64,000 nucleotides of DNA from Squalus acanthias (lineage: Eukaryota), in the NCBI GenBank assembly GCA_030390025.1, contig CM059431.1:140308001-140372000 (forward strand), in the 5' to 3' direction. Of the stretch, positions 24,780 to 37,429 are shown piece by piece. Under the pieces are notes generated by a model that was not told the DNA's origin, searched no databases, and was given only the letters and a program-made list of their open reading frames with translations. Position numbers and translations under genes: made by a program. The number at the start of each line of letters is the position of its first letter. Position 1 is the stretch's first letter.

Positions 24780-27700
24780 TATTGATGAGTCCAGAACTAA
24801 TGGGTAACCAAGGGTCTAGAGAAAATGAGGAACCTAAATAAATCAGTATAAGTAATGACATAGTACTGGAGATATTAGTACTGGAGAAAACGTGCATCCT
24901 CAGATTTTAAAAGAGGTAGCTGCTGAGATAATGGATGCACTGGCATTAATCTCCCAGAATGCTCTATATTCTAGAACAGTCCCCAAGTACTTGAAGATAG
25001 CAAACATAACCCCGCTGTTTAAGAAAAGAGGATGAGAAAAAACGGGGAACTACAGGCCATTTAGTCTGATATCACTAGTAGGCAAAATGATAGAATCTAT
25101 TATTAGGGACGTGGTAACAGGGCACTTAGAAAATCGTAATCTGATTATTCAGAGTCAACATGTTATTCATAGAATCATAGAAAGTTGCAGCATGGAAGGA
25201 GGGCATTCGGCCCATCGTGTCCACGCCGGCCGACAAAGACCTATCCAGCCTAATCCCACTTTCCAGCTCTTGTTCCGTAGCCCTGTAGGTTACGGCACTT
25301 CAAGTGTACATCCAAGCACTTTTGAAACTGGTGAGGGTTTCTGCCTCTACCAACCTTTCAGGCAGTGAGTTCCAGACTCCCAACACCCTCTTGGAAAATA
25401 ATTTTCCCCTCTAAACCGTTTACCAATTACTTTAAATGTATGCCCGCTGGTTATTGATCCCTCTGCTAAGGTAAAGGGGGAAGGGGCTTTATGTAATGGA
25501 AATCGTGTTTGACAAATCTGTTAGAGTTTTTTAAAGATGTAATTAGTAGGATAGACAAGGGTGAAGCAGTGGGTGTAGTGTATTCAGATTTTCAGAAAGC
25601 ATTCGATAACAACATAAGAACATAAGAAATAGGAGCAGGAGTAGGCCATTCAGCCCTTCGAGCATGCTCCGACATTCAATGAGATCATAGCTGATCTCCT
25701 GCCTCAATTCCATTCACCGGCCCTATCGCCATATCCTTTGGTGCCCTTACTAGTCAGAAATCTATAGACTTCAGTTTTGAATATACCCAATGACGGAGCC
25801 TCCACAGCCCTCTGGGGTAGAGAATTCCAAAGATTCACCACCCTCTGTGTGAATAAATTTCTTCTCATCTCAGTCCTGAATGGCTACCCTTTATCTTCAG
25901 GCTGTGGCCGCTGGTTCTAGACTCCCCAGCTAAGTCAAACATTCTCCCAGCATCCATCCTATCAAGCCCTGTAATCATTTTGTATGCTTCAATGAGATCC
26001 CCTCCCATTCTTCTGAATTCAAGAGAATACAGGCCTAATTTCAATCTCTTCTCAAACGACAGTCTGCCATACCAGGAATCAATCCCGTGAACCTTCGTTG
26101 CACTCCTCTATGGCAAATATATCCTTGCTTAGGTAAGGAGACCAAAATTGTACACTGTTATCCAGGTGTGGTCTCACCAAGGCCATAAATAATTGGAGAA
26201 GGACTTCTTTACTCCTGTTCTCGATTCCTCTTGTAATGAAGGCCAGCATAGCATTTGCCTTCCTAATGGCTTGCTGCCCCTGCACATTCATTTTCAGTGA
26301 CTCATGTACAAGGACACCCAGGTCCCTTTCAGCTTCTGCATTCCCCAATCTTTCACCATTTAGGACGTACTCTGCCTTTCTGTTTTTTCAACCAAAGTGG
26401 ATAACTTTACATTTATCCACATGATATTCCATTTGCCATGTTCTCGCCCACTCAATCAGCCTGTCGAGATCCCCTTGAAGCGTCTTCACATCCACTTCGC
26501 AACTGACACTGCCACCTATCTTTGTATCATCAGCAAATTTGGAAAAGTTACATTTAGTCCCCTCATCCAAATCATTGATATAGATTGTGAATAGCCTGGG
26601 CCCAAGCACCGATCCTTGCAGTACCCCACTAGTCACAGCCTGCCATCCTGAGAAAGACCCATTTATCCCGACTCTTTGTTTGCTGTCTGTTAACCAATTC
26701 TCAATCCATGCTAGTGTATTACCCCCAATTCCATGCGCCCTACTTTTGTTCACCAACCTCTTGTGTGGGACCTTATCGAAGGCCTTCTGAAAATCAAGAT
26801 ACACCACATCTACCGGTTCTCCTTTGTCTACTCTACTAGCTACATCCTCAAAGAAGTCCAATAAGTTTGACAAACAGGATTTCCCTTTCATAAATCTATG
26901 TTGACTCTGCCCAATCCTACTATTGGTTTCTAAGTGCCCAGTTATTGCATCCTTTATAATAGATTCCAGCATTTTCCCAACTACTGATGTGAGGCTAACA
27001 GGTCTGTAGTTCCCTGTTTTCTCTCTCCCTCTTTTCTTAAATAGCGGTGTTACATTTGCTATCCTCCAATCTGCATGAACCTTCCAGAATCTATAGAATT
27101 TTGGAAGATGACGACTAATGCGTCCACTATTCCAATGGCCACCTCTTTCTAAACCCTAGGATGTAGGTCATCCGGTCCTTGGGATTTGTCGACTTTTAGT
27201 CCCATTAATTTTGCTAGTACTGTTTTTTTACTAATAATAATTTCTTTAAGTTCCTCATTCTCGTCACACCCTTGGTTTTCTCGTATTTCTGAAAGTTTTT
27301 TGTGTCTTCCTCCGTGAAGGCAGAAACAAAGTATTTACTTAAAATATCAGCCATTTCCTCATTCCCCGTTATAAATTCTCCCGTCTCTGACTGTAAAGTA
27401 CTTACATTTACCTTAGCCAGTCTTTTCCTTTTCACATACCTATAGAAGATTTTACAATCCGTTTTTATATTTTTCGCTAGTTTGTGCTCATATTTCATTT
27501 TCTCTTTCTTTATCTAATTCTTGGTCCCACTTTGCTGATTTCTAAAAAGATCCCAATCCTCAGGCTGACCGCTCTTTCTGGCAACTTTATAAGCTTCCTC
27601 CTTTGAGTTAATACTAGCTTTAATTTCTTTTGTTAGCCATGGTTGGATCACTTTTCATTTTGGATTTTTATGCTCTAGAGGAATATATGTTTGCTGCAAA

Positions 27701-28390
27701 AAATGCATTATTTCCTTGAATGTTAACCATTGTATGACCACCTTCATAACTTTTAGTTTAGTCTCCCAATCTACCATGGCCAACTTGTCCCTCATACCCT
27801 TGTAGTTTCCTCTGTTTAGTTTGAAAGGTGCCACTCAAGAGGTTTATACACAAAATTAGGACGCATTGGATTCGGGGTAATATATTAGTAAAGATTGAGG
27901 ATTGGTTAATGGACAGAAAACAGAGAGCAGGAATAAACAGAATTTTTCGGGTTGACAGGCTGTAACGAGTGGGGTACCGCAACGATCAGTGCTTGGGTCT
28001 CTGCTCCTTATAATCTATATTTATGACTTAGATGAGGGACTGAGTGTAACATATCCAAGTTTGCTGATGATACAAAGTTAGGTGGAAAGGTAAGCTGTGT
28101 GGAGGACACAAAGAGGCTGCAGAGAAATATAGACAGGTTGGCTGAGTGGGCAAGAACATGGAAAATTGAATACAATATGGGGAAGTGTGAAGTTATCCAC
28201 TTTACTAGGAAAAACAAAAACGCAGAATATTTTTGAATGGCGAGTGACTGGGAAATGTTTGCATTCAGAGGGACCTGGGTGCACTTGCACATGTATCGCA
28301 GAAAGTTAACATGCAGGTACAGCAAGCAATTTCGAAAGCATGCAGTATTTTAGCTTTTGTTACAAAGAGATTAGTGTATAAGAGTAATTA
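24780..28390. mobile_element. Cluster of CR1 fragments: + strand RT pieces (24780-25610, 27820-28390) around a minus-strand copy (25611-27820)
   Basis: ORFs 26388-26972 ([22 protein letters not shown]), 26079-26348 and 27214-27498. AACATAAG tail at 25611. The + strand element breaks at GCATTCGATAA and appears to resume at AAGGTGCCAC. Confidence 0.85.
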
Positions 28391-29032
28391 TATACCTAAT
28401 AAGATTTATTACTGCTAGTAATCTAGTACTAATGAAACCTTACAATTACTAATAAATTTCCTGCGATTTAAAAGATAAGGGGAGTGAGCAAAATACTCAC
28501 CAACCAATCACTTACCCGTTTCCCTGTGATGTCACTTTATAATTTTCTCCAAATGAGGTTGGGGGCTGTCACAGAGCCGAACTCCCACTAGTTCTCTATC
28601 CCCTCTTGTGCAGCTTTTTAACTCCTGCTCTCCTGGAAGCTGACAAAGGTAGAAAAAGAAAGGAACACCTCCCTCCCTGAATTGCCTCACTCACCAAACT
28701 CGCATCTTTACACTCTGTTCCGAGCTGCACTCCGTGACAAACTGCATTCTAGCCTCCCTTATTAATACTGCTGAGATTTAATAAGTCAGCTGTCTGGCAG
28801 TTAGAGAACCAGATTAGACTAGTTAATAAATTAATTACTCTCACCTGCTGTCCAGCACAGAGCTTGCTAAGCCCTGGCCAAGCCCGGAAGAAACTTAAAA
28901 CTTGAAACAGTACATTTAAATTTAAGTTAAATGATAATTGCAAGCACACAAGAGTAGATTTTATAAAAAAAGAGATTAACCTTTAAGATTCACTCCCTCA
29001 CTCGCCAAACTCGCAGCTTTACACTCTGTTGC

Positions 29033-29330
29033 GAGCCGCAGCACAAGGTAATGACCAGAATATACTGAGCACAATTATAGTGTTTTAATGTAGCGAAATC
29101 GCCGTTTAATAACGTAGTAGCTCAAATATATTGATCATTTGACGTATAAAAAATGTTTCAGGTCAGAAAATATTGTTTATTTTCAGAAATTACCTTACTG
29201 GCAGTTATGTAATTTAGTAGACCACAACTCCCAAATCCAATCTCATAGGCTAAATCTCTGCTGCTGTAAATATTATTCAAATGTTTTTCTCGTATATGAC
29301 ACGCTTAGGAACAAAGAGTTAGAGGTCGAT
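29033..29330 (+). repeat. Duplicated exon module, copy 4 (5'-truncated; only exon end, donor and downstream intron remain)
   Basis: CCGCAGCACAAG|GTAATGACCAGAATATACTGAGCACAATTATAG matches the donor regions of copies 1-3. Donor at 29047/29048. Confidence 0.75.
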
Positions 29331-29339
29331 ATAATAAAA

Positions 29340-31015
29340 TCATAGAAGCATAGAGCATATAAGGAGCCGATTTGTAACATCGTGGCTGTGCCGGCTCTTT
29401 GAAACAACAATCCAATTAATCCCACTCGCCTGCTCTTTCCCCATAGCCCTTTTAAAAGTTACTATTGTATCTGCTTCCAACACCCTTTCTGGCAGTGCCT
29501 TCCCAATCATGATAACTCAATGGCTGTGAAAAAAAATCTCCTCATCGCACCTCTGGCTCATTTGCCAATTACCTTAAATATGTGTCCTCTCGCTACTGAC
29601 CCTTCTGCCAGTGGAAAAAATTTCTCCTTATTTGCAGATCAAAATACGTTCATGATTTTGAACGCGTCTATTAAAACTATCCTTAAACTTCACTTCTCCA
29701 AGGAGAATAAACCCATCTCATTTGTTCTCTCCACGTAACTGAAATCCCTCATCCCTGCTACCATTCTAGTAAATCTCCAAAGCCTTGACGTCCTTGCCAA
29801 AGTGCGGTGCCCGGAATTGAACACAGTTCTCCAGCTGAGGCCTAACCCGTCATTTAAAAAGGTTCAGCATAACTCCTTCTGCTTTGCACTCTATGGGAAA
29901 AGCTGTAGCAGATAAAGTTCAATGTGGGGAAGTGTGAGGTCATTCAATGTTGAACTTAGAACGATAGATCAGTGTATTTTCTAAATGGAGAGAAGTTAGA
30001 AACTGATGATGAGCAGAGAGATTCGGGATTCCAGTCACAGAAATCGCGAAAAGCTAGTGGACATGTGAAAAAGACTGTTTACAATGCTACTAGAATGTTG
30101 GCCTTTATCTCAAGAAAGCTGGAATAAAAAGGAGTGGAACTTGTGTTAAAACTGTACAGCGCTCTGGTTAGACTCCATTTAGAGAACTGTGTTCAGTTAA
30201 GGGCTCCACACCTCAGGAAGTATACATTGACCTTGAAGTGGTCCAACACTGATTCGCCAGAATTATAACGAATTTGAAGGGATTATTTAGTGGAACAGAA
30301 ACCTATTTAATCTGGTGGGTGAGTCCAGGCTAAGGGGGCATTGACTTAAAAAGAGCTGGGCCGGTCAGGAGTTATGGCAGAAAGCACTCCTTCACACAAA
30401 AGATACTAAAAATATAAACTCTCATCCTGAAAAGCTGTGGAGGCTGGGGGTCAATTGACAATTTTCAAACTAAGATTTATTTTGTTTTGTTAGGCAAGGG
30501 TATTAAGGGTTAGGGGACCAAGGTGGGTAAATTGGTATAAAATACAGATTGGTCACGATATAATTGAGTAGCGGAACATGCTCGAGGGGCTGAAAGACTT
30601 CCTCCTGTTCTTATGTTCCTATGCCTCTATTTATAATGTCAAGGATCCCGTACGCTTTACGAACAGCCTGATCAACTTGTCCAACCAATTCATTTTGTAT
30701 TGCCTCTCCTAATTTTTCTTTCCAAACTGCATCACTTCTCACTTCTCTCTATTCAATTACATCTGCCAAGTGCCTTCCCATTTCACCAGTCAGCCTATGA
30801 CCTCCTGAAGTCTGCTACTATTCTCATCACCTTTCCGAGATTCCTATCATCAGCAAGCTTTGAAATTATGCCCCGTACACCCAAGTCCAGTTCATTAATA
30901 TAGATCATAAACTGCAGTGGTCCTGATACCGACCCTGGGGGACACCAATGTATCTTTCCTTCCAGTATGAAAAACTCCCCTTAACCACTACTCTGCTTTC
31001 TGGCCCTTAGCCAAT
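29340..31015. mobile_element. Minus-strand CR1 3' fragment with a nested plus-strand CR1 3' fragment (~29896-30622)
   Basis: The host sequence breaks after CTCTATG (~29895) and resumes after TTCCTATG (~30622). Both show CR1 ORF2 C-terminal similarity. Confidence 0.75.
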
Positions 31016-31070
31016 GATACCGCTAATCTTTTCTCATGCATTTTCCTTGCACGGTTATTTCATTTTTCAG

Positions 31071-31172
31071 TTCTCCTCCCAGTTGCATTCAGTACTCAGT
31101 ACTCTGTATTCAGTTTGTTTCCCTACTGTACTGTAGTTGCTGTTGTGTGTTTTTATACCAGTGTTAGCGCGA
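31071..31172 (+). CDS. Candidate hydrophobic (transmembrane-like) exon, VLLPVAFSTQYSVFSLFPYCTVVAVVCFYTSVS(A)
   Basis: Strong acceptor TTATTTCATTTTTCAG| at 31070/31071 and a phase-1 frame of 33 uncharged residues. The donor is weak or ambiguous: AGC|GCGAGT after 31168 (GC donor, phase 0) or CGA|GTGAAA after 31172 (phase 1). Confidence 0.35.
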
Positions 31173-31346
31173 GTGAAACAGCAGAAAACTGAATTGTAAA
31201 AGTTCTCAAACTTGGTTATAAATTAATGCCGGAGAATAACGTTAACTAATGTTTGGAGAAATTACTGATCCGAGACTGAATCGCTTTTAGATTTCCACAG
31301 TGGGGAAAGGAAAGGACGCTGACTGAGCGTTTGATTGGACGCACGT

Positions 31347-31592
31347 TTATCTCTCCTTCCTTCCATCTTATCACAGAACTTCATTTTTTTCCTCCCCTCC
31401 CCCCTTTCCCTGCCCCTGCGCTTGCTAAAAATCTGTTACATCTCTAACGTTTTCCAGTTCTGACGAAAGGTCATCGACCTGAAACCTGAAGCTCTGTTCC
31501 TCTCGCCACAGATGCTACCTGAACTGCTGAGTATTTCCAGCATTTTCTGTTTGTATTTCAGATTTCCAGCATCCGCAGTATTTGGCTTTTGC
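31347..31592 (+). mobile_element. Solo Penelope-like pLTR fragment with a degenerate hammerhead motif
   Basis: Matches 42350-42570. AGTT-CTGACGA-AAGGTCATCGACCT-GAAA at 31456-31484. Confidence 0.75.
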
Positions 31593-32176
31593 ATATATGT
31601 ATGGGTTTTCTGAGATTGTAAGGCCCCTAAAGATATTCCAAACATGAATGCTGTGCATCACCTCACTGATTAAAGTTAAATGATCATAACATTCTACAAT
31701 AGTGTTTATATTAGTGGAACAGCAGTAAATATCCTCACCCCCTACAGTGCGGATTAGTCAGGTGCTGACACCATGAGAGATAAGGTCAATATATTCAAAT
31801 AGAAACACCAACCAGGTCACATCTCCATGAACACACGGACAATGTCACTGCCCAGAGAGATCAGACGTAATCACACCCACATTGTGAATGTTGATCAATA
31901 TTATATTAATAAATTAGCAGAATATTTAAACTTAACAAATGGAAAACATTCAACAGAAATTTGTGAAGAATAATAATACAACAGCGTCAGACTGCGTAAA
32001 AGCTAGTGAACGATTACTTAATCCATCAATGATCACCCGGCTCCATATTTCCCTGCAGAATATTTTCTATCTCAGGAATAAGGCTGATTTTGGCCTGCAC
32101 TGTGTGAGTAAATCTCACCAATGGACGCTCCCAATGCGGAGTCTCGGCCGACGGGAGCCCGTCTGGAACTCGGTTG

Positions 32177-33680
32177 TGGAAACATAGAAACATAAACATA
32201 GAAGAAAGGAGCAGGAGTAGGCCATTCGGCCCCTCGAGCCTGCTACGTCATTCGATGAGATCATGGTTGATCATCCAAACTCAGTACCCTGTACCTGCCT
32301 TCTCCCCATATCCCTTGATAACTTTAGCTTTAAGAAATTTATCTAACTCATTCTTGAATATATTTAATGACTTGGCCTCAACTACCTTCTGTGGTAGAGA
32401 ATTCCACAGGTTCACCACTCTCTGGGTGAAGAAATTCTTCCTCATTTCTGTCGTAAATGGCTTACCCGTTATCCTTAGATTATGACCCCTGGTTCTGGAC
32501 TCTCCGACCATCGGGAACATTCTTCCTGCATCTAGTTTGTCCAGACCTGTCAGAATAGTATATGTTTCGATGAGATCCCCTCTCATTCTTCTATACTCCA
32601 GCGAGTATAAGCCCAATCGATCCAATCTCTCCTCATATGTCATTCCTGCCATCCCAGGTATCAGCCTTGTGAATCTTCGCTGAACTCCTTCCATGGCAAG
32701 AACATCCTTCCTCAGATAAGGCGACCAAAACTGCACACTGTACTCAAGGTGTGGTCTCACCAAGGCACTGTACAACTGCAGCAGGACATTCCTGTTCCTA
32801 TACTCAAACCCTTTCGCTATGAAGGCCAACATACCATTTGCCTTCTTAACCGCCTGCTGCACCTGCATGCTTACTTTCAGCGACTGGTGCACAAGGACAC
32901 CAAGGTCTCGTTGCACTTCCCCTTCTCCCAATCTATTGCCATTCAGATAATAGTCTGCCTTTCTGTTTTTGACACCAAAGTGGATAACCTCGCATTTATC
33001 CACGTTATATTGCATCTGCCACGCTTCTGCCCACTCACCCAACCTGTCCAAATCATCCTGGACTTTCTCGGTATCCTCCTCGCAGCACACACTCCCACCC
33101 AGCTTTGTGTCATCTGCAAACTTGAGATATTACATTTAGTTCCCTTATCTAGACCATTAATGTATATTGTGAATAGCTGGGGTCCAAGGACCGATCCCTG
33201 CGGTACCCCACTAGTCACTGCTTGCCACTCGGAAAAAGACCCATTAATTCCTACTCTCTGCTTTCTGTCCGCCAACCAGTTCTCTATCCAAGTCAATACC
33301 TTGCCCCCAATCCCATGTGCCTTAACTTTACATGCTAATCTCTTATGCGGGACCTTATCGAAAGCCTTTTGAAAGTCCAATTACACCACATCTACTGGTT
33401 CTCCCTTATCTATTTTCCCAGTTAGATCCTCAAAAATTCCAGTAGATTAGTCAAGCACGATTTACCTTTTGTAAATCCATGTTGACTTTGTCCGATCCTG
33501 TCACTGTTTTTCAAGTGCTCAGCTATTACATCCTTTATAATAGACTCTAGCATTTTCCCCAATACCAATGTCAGGCCTACCGGCCTGTAATTCCCCGCTT
33601 TCTCTCTACCACCCTTTTTGAATAGTGGGGTAACATTAGCTACCCTCCAATCCATGGGTACAGTTCCAGATTCCATCGAA
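32177..33680 (-). mobile_element. CR1 RT + 3' UTR, relatively young
   Basis: ORFs 32281-33090, 32943-33380 and 33422-33694 with canonical CR1 RT motifs. AAACATAG tail. Very similar to 53927-55400. Confidence 0.92.
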
Positions 33681-33914
33681 TCAGCGGGACTCATTGGATT
33701 TCACTGGGCAGCTGTCTGTGTCACACCTGATGTGGAGAGTTGAACGTAACACTCGGGAAATGTTCGATCCCAGAGCTAACAGCTGTTGTACTGATGGGGG
33801 AGGAGGGACTTGATATCATTTTTAACAAGTCAAAGTACGCCTTCTCATTTTAATATTACCCTCTCATCCTTCAATTTCAGATCTTTTGTATGGATCCAAT
33901 GATAATCTCCTATC

Positions 33915-34397
33915 ACAGAGGAGATTTATGAGGATGTGGCCAGGACTGGGGAATTTTAGCTATCAGGAAAGGTTGGATAGTCTGTGGTTGTTTTCTTTGG
34001 AACAGAGGAGGCTGAGGGGAGATGTAATTGAGGAGTATAAATTATTTGGGGCCGAGATAGAGAGGGTAGGAATGACCTATTTCCTCAGCAGAGAGGTCAA
34101 AAACCAAGGGGTTATACTTAAAGAATTTGCTCGAAGGATTATAGCGGATTTGAGGTGAAATGTTTGCACTCAGAGGGTGGTGGGGGTCTGGAACTCACTG
34201 CCTGAAACGGTGGAAAAGGCAGAAATACTCATTGCATTTAAAATATACTTTGTTATGCCACTGAAGTGCCGTAACCTGCAAGGCTATGGACCAAGTGCTG
34301 GAATTTGGGATTAGACTGGTTGCTCTTTTTCTGCCGGCATGGACACGATGGGTCGAATGACCTCCTTCTGTGCTGTAACCGTCTATGAATCTATGAT
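33915..34397 (+). mobile_element. CR1 3'-end fragment
   Basis: ORF 33886-34158 LFSLEQRRLRGD. The 3' UTR ends in CTATGAATCTATGA. Confidence 0.8.
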
Positions 34398-34417
34398 TAA
34401 TATTATTTTTATTACAG

Positions 34418-34512
34418 ACGATCAGAATCTGGGAACTCCAGTCACCACCATGGCTGAAGTCCAAACAGGGAAGAGGATCCAACATCTTCAACAAGAATGA
34501 GAATGGACACAG
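34418..34512 (+). CDS. NLR gene start-codon exon (95 nt); Kozak ATG at 34450 is out of frame with the NLR, in-frame ATGs at 34497 and 34503 (MRMDT)
   Basis: Acceptor TTATTTTTATTACAG|, donor ACAG|GTAGGA. The phase-1 end joins 42592 as G|AT=Asp, giving MRMDTDPNSAITEF. CCACCATGG at 34445-34453. Confidence 0.75.
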
Positions 34513-34999
34513 GTAGGATCACAAAATACTTTAAAATATAATTTCTGTCCCGACAAATGGTCCAGATCTCGTGCATGAACCTGCAGCTCTCACAGGAAGA
34601 GGGAACAGGACAGGGACTGAGTAGAAAGAGAGAAGTGAGTGATCATCTGAGGGGCATCGCAGTCACAGGTGGAGGGAGCCCCCGAGTACTGGAACTGTCC
34701 AATAGATGCCTGGTATTGGGGACTGTAATGTGGATAGAGAGAATAACTCAGAGGCGGGTCTTCCTGAGCAACAGTGTGGTAACAAGGAGCAGAAGGCCAC
34801 CCCGAGCGTTGGGGGCTGGAGTTTGAGAGTAGTTTCCCACAGGAATAGGAGAACGATATGGTGTCTGATTCTCTATATAGCGGAATAGGCTACTTCTGCT
34901 GTCAAAGGGAAGAACATATTGGAACGGATGAGACCTATTCTTGGAAGACAAGGAGAGCAGAAAGTATTCACGATTAAAACCAATAAGAAAAATAGGTTT

Positions 35000-35970
35000 T
35001 CTAAATCATTTTCGGGACGTGTGTATCGCTGGCTGGGCCAGAATTAATTGTCAATCCCTACTGGCCCTTGAATAGATGCTGTTGGATCACCTTCCTGAAG
35101 CACTGCAGCCCACGTGGTGAAGGTGATCCCTCAGTGCTGTTAGGTAGGGTGTTCCAAGTCATAGTGACAATGAAGGAGCGGCGATGTATTTCACAGTTAG
35201 GATGGTCTGTGGTTTGAAGGGGAACTTGCAGGTGGTGGTGCTCCCATGCATCAGCTACCCTTGTCCTTCTAGGTGGTGGTTATCGTGGGTTTGGGAGGCG
35301 CTTTCGAAGACGTCATGGCGAGTTGCTGCAGTGCATCCTGTAGACAACACATTGTAGCCACGGTACGTCAATGGTGGAGGGAGTGATTATTTGACCCAAT
35401 GGATGCCGTGTCGATCAAGCAGACTGATTTGTCTTGTTTGATGTCGAGCTTCTTAAGTGTTGTTGCAACTGGACTCGTCCAGGCAGATAGAGAGTATTCA
35501 ATCACACACCTGACTTTTGCCTTATAGGTGGTGGAGAGGCTTTGGGGAATCTGGAGGTGAGCCACTCGCAGCAGATTAACCAGGCCCTAACCTGCTCCAG
35601 TGGACAGGGCACTTATGTGGCTGGTCCAGTTCTATTTCTGGTTAACTGTAACCCCCAGGATTTTAATGTGGTGGACTTTGCGATGGTAATGCCATTATCT
35701 GACAACGAGTGGTCCTTATGCTCTGTCTTGTTGGAGATGGTCATTGCCTGACACTTGTGTGGCGCAATAATTATTTGCCACATATCAGCCCAAATCCCAA
35801 TTTTAAACAGGTCTTGCTGCATGCGGGCATGCACTGCTTGATTATCTGAGGAATTGCGAATGGAGCCGAACACAGTGTAATCATCAGCGAGCAACGCCAC
35901 GTCTGAGCTTATGATGGATTAAAGGTCGTTGTTGAAGCAGCGGGAGATAGTTGGGTCTAGGATGCACCCA
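35000..35970 (-). mobile_element. Decayed LINE 3' fragment (non-CR1-type tail)
   Basis: ORFs 35613-35900 (LADD..QQDL..W..W..KCQAM) and 35368-35565 (YKAKVRCVIEYS), an RT C-terminus. The tail matches the SINE tails at 2700-2760 and 8780-8900. Confidence 0.7.
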
Positions 35971-37429
35971 TGGTTTGAGGCTATATTGAGGGAATTTAAA
36001 GTCAGTCAATAGATTGAAAAACAAGGCATCACGCTCCCCGTATTGTTTTGCACTGGGCCGTTTAATAAGTGAAATATGAGGCTGGTCAATGTGCGGCGGC
36101 AGTATGGAGCAGGAGGGAGGGGTTCACGTTCTTGGGGCACTAGAGTGAGTTCGGGGAGAAGGGAAGGGACGGTCGCGATCTGAACTGACCAACAACAATG
36201 ATTTTACAGAAAAGGTGAATGGAGCAGTGAGAGGCTAGCAGTTAATATTAATGGAGGGTGTGAACTATCCGGATCTGAGACTAGAGAGCGGAATTAATAA
36301 TATTGTTGGAGCTGAAACAGACGGCTTATAAAATAGTGAAAACATTTTGCAGGAAAAAGTGGGAGATTTTGAAGTGGTGAGCTTTAAAGTCCCTATATTT
36401 GCTTTAAAATAAAGTAACAGAAAGTGCGCATTTAAAAAAAAACATCGCTTGTATGTTTCTTTTGTGAATGCAAAAATCATTCGAAACAAACGTGAAAGTT
36501 AAAAGCACGAGTGATCGGGCCTAGTAACCATGTGTGAAGGACTCGGAGCGACATTTTCCTTATTAGAGCATTTTCACTAGAGAGAAAAGATGGTTGTGGG
36601 TGGCTGTATTACTAACGGGTTTGTATCTCTCCCAAAATAGGACCAGAGCACTCAATATTCCATGAAATCATGAGAAATGTAAAACATGTAGGAAGTTGAA
36701 AAGGGAGATAGGGCGGGGGGTTAAAAGAGAATATGCAACAAAGCAAGCAGATAAAATAAAAAGTAATGGTTTATAAAAAAAAAATGTTTGACTCGGGATG
36801 AAGGGAGAGGATGAAGATTTGAGGAGATACAATATAGATTATTTCGTTTCAAAACGTTCATCCTGGTAGTGAGAATGTCGGTGTACTGGAGGATGATGTG
36901 GGACCACAATTGGAGTTAGCTGTAGAGAAGGATTTGGATCTGAAAAAATAGCCATGGTGGATAAGTCACTCAAACCAGTTATAACGCACACCATGCTGTT
37001 AAAGGAAGTTATAGAGGAGATAGGAGAGACTCTGACCACAATTATTCAATCTTCTTTAGATATAAACAATATACTTGAGCACTGAATCAGTCCAAGTAAC
37101 GTCTCTGTTCAAGAATGCAGGAGACAGGATAAATCTGGTAACAAACCAATTAGTCTACAGCTGTTCTGGGCAGACTCCTCGAATCGTAATTTGAGGCTGA
37201 AAGGTTAACGTTAAGGGGATGATGAGGGGAGGATGGAACGGATTAGCTGTAGACAAGTCTTGTTTGAGAAATTTACACAATGTTTTTAAGAAGTGACAAT
37301 ATGGTTTGATGGAATGTTGCACGTGCAGTGTATATGGGTTTTCAGAAGCTGCTTGATAATGTGGCTCACAGGAGGTGTCAGCCGTTTGGTATAACAGGAA
37401 ACTTAGCAGCCTTGGTAGAAAGTGGATAT

